In this document: in pieces, positions 25,831 through 35,873 of the stretch
How positions within the stretch are numbered: position 1 is the stretch's first letter
Layout: each line of letters starts with the position of its first letter
Assembly (NCBI GenBank): GCA_002189035.1
Contig: CM007990.1
Location: 3,224,001-3,288,000 of the forward strand
From: Utricularia gibba
Taxonomy: Eukaryota; Plantae; Magnoliophyta
Reading direction: 5' to 3'
DNA: 64,000 bases
Translations under genes and position numbers: made by a program
The notes under the pieces: model-generated
What the model saw: the letters and a program-made list of their open reading frames with translations, nothing else
Told to the model about the DNA's origin: nothing
Database searches by the model: none

Positions 25831-25958
25831 CTGAACGAAATAGAAATGTAGTCAGTTCTAGAGATGAAACAAAAAGCTACAACCATAAAGTAAGGCAGTC
25901 AGAGCAACTTCACAAAGAGAACTTGTGACTAAGGAAGTAGAGAAAGGGTCACCATTGC

Positions 25959-27344
25959 CTTGAATAATGATACATAAGTAGTCCATCTGAAAGTGGTTTG
26001 CTTCTTTGATTGCATTCCTCTATTAGAAGATGACATGTCTTTGCACAAGTTCTGAGCTATCTCCCTCAAAAGTACAAGCTGTGCTTTATCAGTACCCATT
26101 GAGATGATTGTGTGCCTCATTGTTTCACGATCAGCCTCAAGAGCTTGAAGTCTTGCATACAGCTTCTGAATTTCTAGGTCATGGACACCAGAACCCATAG
26201 AAGTTGTCATGTGCTCACCAGAGACATCGCCAACAGTCTTCAGATTCATAGAACCACTTGAAGCTCCTTGATGAATGGAATCAATTGTGTAAACTCTATC
26301 GTTCATGTCATCTCCAACTTCTGTTGCATTATACATCCCTTTTTTATTAGATTTCATATCCAAATTCTCCGTCTCAACTTTCCTTAAACTGCTATCCAGT
26401 TCTGGAGAACGTGATGGAAAGTCAGCAACTATCTCCTCAACAATTATTGATGGGGTGCATATGCTGTCAGTAGATAAATTTCTCAAGTGTGTTGGTGAGT
26501 GGGGAGTCTGACCGACTACAAACATATCAGGCGCATTTTTCAAGCCAGAGTTTCCATTATCAGGACGAGTGGTCCTTGGGCTTCGCTCCAACTGGTAGAT
26601 TCGATGTTCCAAGTCCTTTAGTTGGTCTTCCTGTGGAGAATCTTCATATTTCTGAGCATCTCCTGCTTCTTTGTCACCGTCATCAAAGGAAATCAGAGGC
26701 TCATGTGTATTGCACATGAGACGGGGATAAACATCTTGAGAAAACTCATGTTGCCCTTCAAGATTTTTACTTAGGCTAGTACTTCGGCTCATGGTTTTTT
26801 CAATATCAGACCCATCAGCCTCAGGGTCAGCCTCTGTGAGACCATAACTTGTCAATCTCCACTTGCACAATTTTACCTTACGCAAAAGTGACTCAATTGT
26901 CTGCTCTCTCGTATACAATAAGTCCTCAAGGGCCAATATCTCCTGCTGATCATGTTCCATTCTCTCTTCTGCAAACCTTTTGAACTGCCTAGCCTCCATC
27001 TCAATCTCCGCTTTCTCCCTCTGGAGCCTCAGAATCATCGACATGGCCTCGTCAGTAGCTGAAGCGGATGCATTTCTCTCTTCCTCCAACTCTGCAGCAA
27101 GATCCTGAATTGTTTGTTGCTGGCTGGCAACCATTTCTCTTAGCACACCACATTCATCTTCAGCATCAATACGAGCGTAACCAGGGTCACTGAATCCGCT
27201 TTTCTCCACAAACTCATCAAATTTCCTCTTGACTGACCGGAAATAAGTTCCTGAAGGAGATGTATCCAACTCTAGCGCAGAGCAGCTACTCCCGCAGTAA
27301 AGACACTTGACGACCCCCGATTGAGGTGCCTTGTCAGGATCCAT
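25959..27344 (-). CDS. MYOB7: Myosin-binding protein 7-like (GTD-binding/DUF593), coding exon 1
   Basis: Open frame with KRKFDE and LREMVASQQQTIQDLAAELEEERNASASATDEAMSMILRLQREKAEIEMEARQFKRFAEE. ATG at 27344 (the track's 27353 start is GTG). Exon ends at 25959 (GC donor) or 25953 (GT donor). Confidence 0.92.
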
Positions 27345-29700
27345 GACCGGCACACATCAACTTGTACTTCCACCACCAAATTCAATTCCGGAAAATCCAC
27401 AGAGTTATTGACCTTCAGATCATAGCAAGAAAATCTCTAGAGATGGGCATAGATGAAGTCTGAGCCTCTAAACAACTAAAGAAAAAGGCGTAAAACACAT
27501 CCCTCTAATGAAATTCAGGGCAGGGCACGCCCAATCGGCAGAACGAGAGGGAAGTGAGTTTACCTAAAGCGCGACGAAAGCAACTCAAAATCCGTTCCTG
27601 GTCAAGAGAATCGATCTTGTCGAGCGTTTTACCCAGAACAAAAGCAGGGTAGGGATAAGTTGCGAAGATTGGAACTTTTGAAACCCTAGAGATTTCGTTT
27701 GAAGCACTGGAGGAGCCTCGCTCCGGAACAAAGGAAAAAGCAAATACAGGTGTGGAAAGGTCGCCGGGCAGTCAGACCTCACGCGCGGTGCACTGCATCG
27801 TCAAGAAACTCCCTGGCAGTAGCAATACACAATCCTCCCCGCCCCCCGCCTCATAATGTGAACCAAAAACATCCATCCCAGGTCTGCTGGTCCCTTTTAA
27901 GTCCCAAGTCCCAACCGGATAAAGCAGTTTATTGAGTGGAATATATTCTTTATTATTATTATTCTTTTTTTGGACTCATGCCTTTGCTTGAACTTATTTG
28001 TAAGCACCCCCATTTGGGCTTTCGGATTGGATGGATACTTTTAGGAAGGATTGCTCTCACTGCTAGACGGGATTCACTCCTTCGATGGCGACTTCAACTG
28101 GGGTAATTTTGTTTCCCTTTTTTTGGAAATTAGCATGTTTTTTTTAACATTGGGAGAAAATTGATTCTCACACACAAGGACAGAAATGGATCATTTAATC
28201 TATAATGAGCGAAATGTAGGCAGCCGAATTTTAATCAACATGATCCTTTGTCTTTGCAACTTCCGGTGAATGTAATCGCTAGGAAACGATGTCATGCGAT
28301 CAAATTTCTTCTCAATTTGAGAATATGTCATCAACTGCAATTGACTTCTATGGGGTGAGGGAAGGAGAAGGAGATGAATAATTTATTTGGTTGACAGTAG
28401 TTGCCCCGCCCCATGTTCCTGTAGTTCAATGCCAATTCCTGTGTGACATTATTGTTTTATTTTCAAGTAACCATTTTTATAATAAGAAATGGATCTAAAT
28501 TCCTGTGTTTCCATGCTAATTCCTGAAGTTGCCCATTTTTATCTTGCTCAGTCGTCCAATTTTTGATAAAAATATCCTTGAAATCGTTAGATTATGTTGG
28601 AATTCCTGTAGTCATATTATCAATACTTTTATATAAATTCTTATTATGTAATAATATAAAAAAATAGGAATACATGGATGGAGGTAGTGATTGTGCAAAA
28701 AAAATATGTCTTGTTTCATCTCTAAATTTCACTGTGTTGCCCTCTATTTTATTCTACTTGCTGTCGTTCAAGTTTTTTGTTGATCCACCATTCCTTCTTT
28801 TTCCATTACATACTTCCTTCGTTTTTTTTTTCCGATGTCAATAGGATGCGAAGCTATAGCTCATTTGGGTTGCCAATGTGATGATTTGTGGATACGTAGA
28901 GTGGCCTAATATATGACGTAGACAGCCTTCATGTGTGGCTTGAGCCACCACACTATCTCTCGTAGAGATGCATCGGCATTTATGAGCATACAAACAAAAC
29001 AACACGAGATATCTGAGTTGGGTGAGATCATCTGAATCCGCACTCGCCACTTGAATCCATCCTTCCCTTAGATCATAGATTCTGAAAAACATGGGGCGGC
29101 CCCCGTAAACGGTTTTTTGTTTTTGTTTTTGTTTTGAATTACTGGAACGAGTTGAACATAGAATAGGTGAATGACGAACACAGAAGCCAAGTTGTTACCA
29201 AATCAATGGCCTGGTTTAAGAACAATGGAACACTGATTATTTGAGCTGATCTTTCAGTCTGCGATACCGTCTTATTTGCAGGACGCATTTGTTTCGAATC
29301 GTATACTTAGGATGACCAAAATTCTAGTGAACGGTAGTTGTGGCATTAGAATCAGGATGCTTACTGGATGGAGTGAATGAAGATGTTGCCCTTTTTGCAT
29401 GCCTGTATGTGAACGAAGGTGTAGCATATTACAAAGTCAAGCCTCTTCGGAAGACTGGAAACATATCATTAGGATTCTCTTATATAACCTGTGGATGAGG
29501 CTAATTTCAAGGTGTGGAGTGTCGCAAACTTCATGGTGGTTTCCTGGTTTTTATCGTTAGCCTCACCCAAAGCAAACTTTTTGGTGACCAGAGCAGAAAT
29601 AGATAATCAGTGGAGACCGAGCAGAACAACTTTGCGTATACCAACCAATATACAAGGAATGAAGCTAGCACGTACATGTTAACAGCTTTCAAAATGGAGT

Positions 29701-30672
29701 CTATGTCACAGGATCACGGTTCGTGCACCACAAGGGAGAAGTTCTTACCGGCGATGAAGTGCCACAGCAAACCTCCAACCGCTCTAGAAATCTCCCTTCC
29801 GACAGCTTCAACATTGTGGGGAGTTTCAAGCACACCCCTCTGTCCACGCACATTCTGTGTCTCTGCTTTATCCTCTTCTCTAAGCTAAACGAGAAGTACT
29901 GGGGAAACTCCACCAATTCCTTCAATTCCCTACCCATTTCCATCACAAAGTAATCGAATTTGGGCTCGAAGTTATCCTCGATGCTGTAGCAGAACAGTGG
30001 TGGAAATCTCCTGAACATTTTGATTGCATCCCTGTACGGAAACCCAAGTTTCTGCAAGTATTCAATCCGAGGTATGAACTTATTCTCTACCGAGCAAGAT
30101 AAAAGGGATGCCCATTTCGCGACGTCCTCAATTCCTATTGAGCCCTGGAGAAAGTAGAGAGTGGGCCGGAGCTGGAGGTCGACGCTGCAAGCGAGTAGGC
30201 GTGGACGGCGATGGATGACGTGGGGGAGATCCGCGGCCTTCACGTGGACCTCATGGAGGAGGAAATCTGCAGCCGGAATTATAATTTCGGCGGTGGAACA
30301 AGTAAGCAGATCTGGACACATAGGGAACATGCGGCGGAGATCGTGGATTGAGAGACCCATAGAAAATAGATACTCGACTGTGGATTTTATTTGCGCCAGC
30401 GGCGTGGAAATCAGCGGCGGGTGTGAGGTAAGGCAGTTGAGGGAATCGACGCCGATAGAATCCAAATAGAGCAGAATTTCTCGGATTTGGGAATTGTCGG
30501 GATGAGAAGAAGGGACATTACCTGGCGATTTCAGCTGCAGAGGTTTGGGTCTTGAGGGGACAGATTTGGAGACTGGGAGGGGTAGGCTCCTGCGGCGATG
30601 AACAATCGGGGAGTTTATAGGCACGGCGGCGGCGGCGGCGGTGGAGGAGGAGAAGTGAAGTGTTTCCTGCAT
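29701..30672 (-). CDS. mTERF3: Mitochondrial transcription termination factor family protein, plastid-type, mTERF3 (At2g36000)-like, 323 aa
   Basis: Intact ORF with a Ser/Ala/Pro-rich transit-peptide-like N-terminus, LYLDSIGVD, RRPRLLACSVDLQLRPTLYFLQ, EFPQYFSFSLEKRIK.RH and a C-terminal LEVCC..S.P.RTS as recalled for At2g36000. Confidence 0.92.
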   Translation of the reverse strand: MQETLHFSSSTAAAAAVPINSPIVHRRRSLPLPVSKSVPSRPKPLQLKSPGNVPSSHPDNSQIREILLYLDSIGVDSLNCLTSHPPLISTPLAQIKSTVEYLFSMGLSIHDLRRMFPMCPDLLTCSTAEIIIPAADFLLHEVHVKAADLPHVIHRRPRLLACSVDLQLRPTLYFLQGSIGIEDVAKWASLLSCSVENKFIPRIEYLQKLGFPYRDAIKMFRRFPPLFCYSIEDNFEPKFDYFVMEMGRELKELVEFPQYFSFSLEKRIKQRHRMCVDRGVCLKLPTMLKLSEGRFLERLEVCCGTSSPVRTSPLWCTNRDPVT

Positions 30673-30678
30673 AACTGA

Positions 30679-30684
30679 CTACAT
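30679..30684 (-). promoter_or_regulatory. Minimal AUG-stop uORF in the mTERF 5' leader
   Basis: Minus strand GACAAA ATG TAG TCAGTT ATG CAG: in frame with the main ATG and 12 nt upstream of it. Confidence 0.6.
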
Positions 30685-31296
30685 TTTGTCTCGCAGTGGG
30701 CGCGATGCAAATGGAGGAGGAGGTGAGGCGGAGGCGCCTCATCTTATCCAGAAAAATCTTATCGAGCCCTTTAAAGATGGGGATTTGGTTAGAGCCTTTT
30801 AGAATCCAGGTTCCAAACTAATAAAAATAGAGCGCATAAATCCAATTCTACGGGTTTAGATAAATTGCATAAATTTATTATAATTCAGTAATTTTTTTTT
30901 GCAAAATGACTTTATGGGGTGCAAAATGGGTATATGCTACATGGAGATGATCCTGGGAGAGAAATGTGTGAATTGGTAGGAGAGTGGAACACCAAGTCCT
31001 TGTTAGGCAAAATCGTTAGCAGGAATTAGAACAGGGTAGTGAGGGCTGTTTCCATAGGACTTGAAAAATAACCGACTTGTAGTAGCTCTAGAGCATTCAG
31101 CGGTTATGTGTTAATAGGATTACAAATACAACCGTCATGTACAAAAAGTAGTTGACACCTTCAAAATTTAGTCGAGTCAGTTTCCTCTATAAATAAGGGA
31201 ATGTTCGAAGAAAAAAAAAAGATTACGCATTCTACATAATCTTTGTAAAACTCTATTCCTCTTCACTTTAGTGAAACCCGTTTCTTTGGTGAGCTT

Positions 31297-32687
31297 TATT
31301 GGTCTATGTGTTCTAGAGACAATCAAATTATTAACAAATCTTATCTTTTGATATTTACTTTGAATTGTGATCAAATTTATATCATTAATAAAATCTTCTA
31401 CTTGATCTATGTGCTATATAAATTATGATAAGATTATAATGTGAGATTCTTCAAGCATCTATGTTCAAGTTAAAAATTCCTTGGCTAGAGTATTTGTAAA
31501 ATGAGGATATGACAAATACGAATAAGTTGGCATATATTGGGTTTCCTAAACTATTTAGGCAATGGTTAATAGAACCTATGTGTGGGTGTTGATTAGAGAA
31601 TCGATTCATTGGATAACTCGTCTTCAAGATGCTATTATAGAAAGCTAACCAAGTGTTAGTAGCAAGATCTTGAATATGACAGCCGTGCAAGTAAATTTAG
31701 ATTTGAGGTTAACAAAGTTCTTGATTTTAAGCTTACATTTTCGCTCATTAATAATGTGAGTCTAACCATGACTTACCTAGTATGGATAAGAAGGGATGTG
31801 ACTCCTTAATGTTTGAGATAGTTGATTGATCAATAAATGATTCATCACTCATGTTAGCTATGAGATCTTATCTCAAGTAATTGCATCAAAGACTAACAGT
31901 AAGTCTTGGGCTCAGGGTAATGACACTCAAAGTGTTTGAGTAGGTCATTCAGTGTTAGCACTCAAATGCAATTATAAGTTCGATATATCAGAAAGACACA
32001 CACTCATGTTCTAGTATCGAATGAGATATAAGTATGATGAAAGTTGTTCATTACATGGTGGCTTGTCATGGAAAGACTCATTAAGTTCACCTGATTATTC
32101 TTACATCCTGGAGATCATGATATGTTTCTATACATCACTCATGATCGACAATGATAGATTTAATTAATTAAGATATAATTAATAAATCTATTATTACGGC
32201 CTTGATTGAAGAAGCCTATAGAGTCACACATAATAATGGAATCACTTATCGATATAAAATAGAATGACACAATTATATGAGATGTAGTTGGTAAAGTGGA
32301 TAAACTAAATAGAGAGTTATTTTGAGATTAATATTGATTAAGTTCAAAATAAAAGATCTGATATAGATAAGATTTGGAACATACATATATATCCACAAGA
32401 TAAGATCTTTACGGAGATTTGATTTGATATGTTATATCTATCAGAAAGATTTGATCCGCAGAGATTGCCATATCTTTGTTTTCTCTGAGATTGATCCGCC
32501 AGGGGGCGATTTTCTCTACTAGCATTTGGGGAGATCGACCATTATTATGTGGCTTTAAGAAGGTTATCGACGGAGTGCTTCACGTGTGGATACTATAGAG
32601 GCCATCTACCGTTGGCGGTTGGTGAATAACAAAGTCCATTGAAAGGTATTTTTAGAATCGCCATATTTGATGTATACCGTATTCCAA
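31297..32687 (+). mobile_element. Angela-like LTR, 3'-truncated
   Basis: Collinear with 9636-11093 from TATTGGTCTATGTGTTCTAGAGACAAT to GTATTCCAA. The last ~80 bp are missing and the Retand LTR follows. Confidence 0.88.
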
Positions 32688-32690
32688 TAC

Positions 32691-33253
32691 TATTGAGGGT
32701 GGAAAATCGATGTCCGAAAGGAGGCCGATTTTCAGGTTACGAGTGCAGCCGGATGTGCTGCACCTGGTTATGTTTTTGGTACTTTACTTTGGTTTGGTTT
32801 GCAGAAAAGAAGATAGGCGAGGATTTTTACGTGGAAACCGTCGGAGAACGAGGAAAACCACGGAGTTGTCGGAGCTCACCGGAGAAAAATCTTCATTAGA
32901 TGGAGCCGAGGAGAGAAATACAAGTTGGAGGGCTTGGAGTCAAAACCCTTTCTCTTCCTCATACTTATAGGAGAGACTGATCTGACAGAATCCTGAATTC
33001 TGTAGATGCCGGCCGCTTTCTTCACCTGCAATATGTATTGTGGTTTTTCTTTTCAGATTGCCAACGCCTGCTCTGCTGTAATTTGGACACTTTTCAGACT
33101 GTGCAAAGTAGTCGCTGCTATCTAATTTCTGACGAATATCGGTTTGTCGACTGGCACCAGGCTGTCAAAACACCTTTTGGCTCCTTTTCAGAAACCAATT
33201 ATCCACATCCGATTTGAACCCCATCAAATACGATATCTACGAGAAATCTACCA
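32691..33253 (-). mobile_element. Complete Tat/Retand LTR without TSD
   Basis: Collinear with 490-1040 (GAAAATCG...GGAAAACCACGGAG...CAAGTTGG.AGGCTT...TTTTCAGACT). Flanks AATAC and AGCTC differ. Confidence 0.8.
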
Positions 33254-34556
33254 AGCTCCCCCAGCTCCACAGTTTTTCATTCGATGGTGATTTCCACATA
33301 AAAAATCTTATTCTCTACATTACAATTTTTACTGCAATAATAACCCAAGCACACAAATAGCAAATTCAAACTCGAAAATACTGATTTCATGTCCGAAAAT
33401 CGGCATAAACTACTAATCCAATTTTTACCCACAATATTTTAATGTCTACCATGGGGAAAGATCTATTGTCCCACTCAATAGTCCACTGGAGCTACCCGTT
33501 ATTTCCTCAACATGGCAAACATGAATACCACTATCAATACTAATAATGAAGGAAATGCAAGTGTGCAAGATCTAGGATTGATGGTCATAAATCGGGAACA
33601 GTTGAAAGCATTGATGACATAGATATTCTTAGATGTCTTCAGGGCTAAACTTGAACATGCAGGAAGAAACCCCAGTGATGGAACGAAGAGTTGGCAAGGA
33701 ACCAGTAGAGTTGTAATATATCCAAGAGACTGAAACCGAGTTAGAAACTGAAGAGGAGCTATTGAGGAGAAGAAGACGTAAAAAACTCATCTACGAATTG
33801 GGAACGGATAGGAAGAAAAGAGCTAGTGAAATTTTAGAAAGAACAGAGCATGAGCTGAGGAGAGAGTTGGTGGAAGTCCTTGAGAAGAAAAAGGAGATTG
33901 GATTATGGATAGAGCAACCCGTCAGGGAAGGCCGAGGATCCCGAGATGCATTCAAACAGAACATGTGCATGAGACTCAAGGATGTATTGGACGACATTCA
34001 TCTTGCTTTGAAAAGCAGTGCGGAGAGTTTAATCGAAACAATGGCGTTGCACTTCGATTCTTTTTTGGAAGAACTAATTGAAGAAGAACCTTAAAGAGGA
34101 TTCACGATCCTTGATGAACTACCAATGTACAATGGATAGGGGTACCCTATATCCCATGTGATCGATTTCGATATGAGAATGACAAGAGTAGGATATTCGG
34201 AAGCCATGAAATGCAAGCTATTCACATGCTTACTTCATAGCTGAGCAAAGACTTGGTTCAAACAGTTGAAAACATGTAGTGTGAGATCTTATCCTGAGTT
34301 GGCTTACTTTTTACAACCCGATATGTTAACATTAAGGCACACCATTCAAGACGGCATTATACTCAATTCGGTATGACCATCCCAAGGAGAGTTTGAGGAA
34401 GTTCATTGATCGATTCAAATGTCAAGCTCAGGATGTCCAATTGAACCTCAAAGAAAGAGTGGAGATAATGAAGCGAGCCTCGAGGACTTCAAAACTGAGA
34501 TAGAGCCTGTCAAAATCGCCACTAAAGAATTTAAGGGAACTTCAAAGAAAGATCAT

Positions 34557-35873
34557 TGATAAACGGGAATTTTAGCATGTCGTTGCATTAAAACCAAATT
34601 TCCATATCAAATAAATTTATAGCCCTTAATCTACAAAAAATACAAATTTTGAAAACTTGTATAGTAGATGTCGGGGTCGATCACAAGGAGCTTGTGCTTG
34701 TCATGTATTTCAGCTGATACAGAATTCAAAGTAATGGTAAGTTTTAGTCTAGGCTCGGACCAACAGTGGTAAATAAGTTCGGTAAACAAGATCAGTAAAC
34801 AATATCAAGTCTTAACACTAAGGTAACATGTACTAGTTTTAACTCAGAATAATACTAATGTGCCTTAAGGATCTACAGGTAGTGTAGTGCCAAAATTCCT
34901 AATTTAATCTACCATGTTCCTACACTCACAACTTCAAACAACCTAAGTCTACCCAGGTCTTCATCATATTTTCGACTAAGCTAGTCCTTCATATCATCAC
35001 CAACCTTGTAATTAGGTCTACCCACATGGAAGCATATAGAACTAGGTCTATCTGGTTCTACTGGTTCTACCCGAAGTAACACCTATTGCTCTTGTCTTGA
35101 TTTGTTGGTCTACCTCTAAATCAAGCATCTAAGTTGTGAAGCGACTTATTCCTCTCCTTAGGTCTACCCATGGTTTGATAGAAACAAGAGCTAACAAACA
35201 ATGGTCAATTCTATTAAGACTCTTAGACCCACACCACCATGCTTCACCTTAAGACACTCCTAGGGTTTAGCTACTCATGCTTTGAAGGTAAAATGTAATG
35301 GCATTAACATAAAACAACAAAAATGTTAAGAACATTGTGCAGAAGTTGGATGCTGAACTGGGTCTTGATCTTCTTCCTTGAAGCTGGAGGTTCTTCTCCA
35401 AAAAAATCGCTTTTCTTCCTCCTTCTCCTTCAGTATCCTTCATCTTCGAGTTGGGGGAGAAACCCCTTCGTGTTTGTTCTGAAAATTTTGGGGTGTACTC
35501 CCCTTTTTTGCGACTCTCTCTCCTCATCTTTCTCTTGCCTCCCACTACCCAAGGCAAGTACATTCTCTGACAGATCTGCTGCTCCTGGCCTTGACTTGTA
35601 GACTGCCACCGTGACACTGTACTCATTGCCCCCCTGCAGCCTGATGACTTGCACGAAATCCAGATTTTTCTTTGATTTTTGGGTTGCTGCTAGACTCGAA
35701 AATCGGGTTAGACATGGGGTGGGCTAAATCAAAGGATTTAGCCCACTAAATTTTCTTAAATTACATTTTCTTAAATTACATAAAAACACTTAAAACTATA
35801 AAATAAACACTTAAAAATAATTAAAAATTTATGATTTTTCATCCCTTCAAACATGAAAATTTGTGTGTTATCA
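34557..35873 (-). mobile_element. Athila-like solo LTR inserted in the Retand gag
   Basis: TGATAAACGGG...GTGTTATCA with near-TSD ATCAT/ATTAT. Rejoined flanks read KNLRELQRKIMKYIEVNEDLRAE. Confidence 0.9.

Noticed and set aside
26305-30469. Plus-strand ORFs antisense to MYOB7 and mTERF (for example 26305-26511, 26489-26719, 30161-30469)
   Set aside because: Shadow frames of real minus-strand CDSs with no independent motifs.
33254-33270. Apparent minus-strand PPT (GGAGCTGGGGGAGCT) after the Retand LTR
   Set aside because: The same bases align with the interior of the plus-strand LTR fragment (GAGCTCCGATAGCTCCGTGG), so they are LTR sequence.
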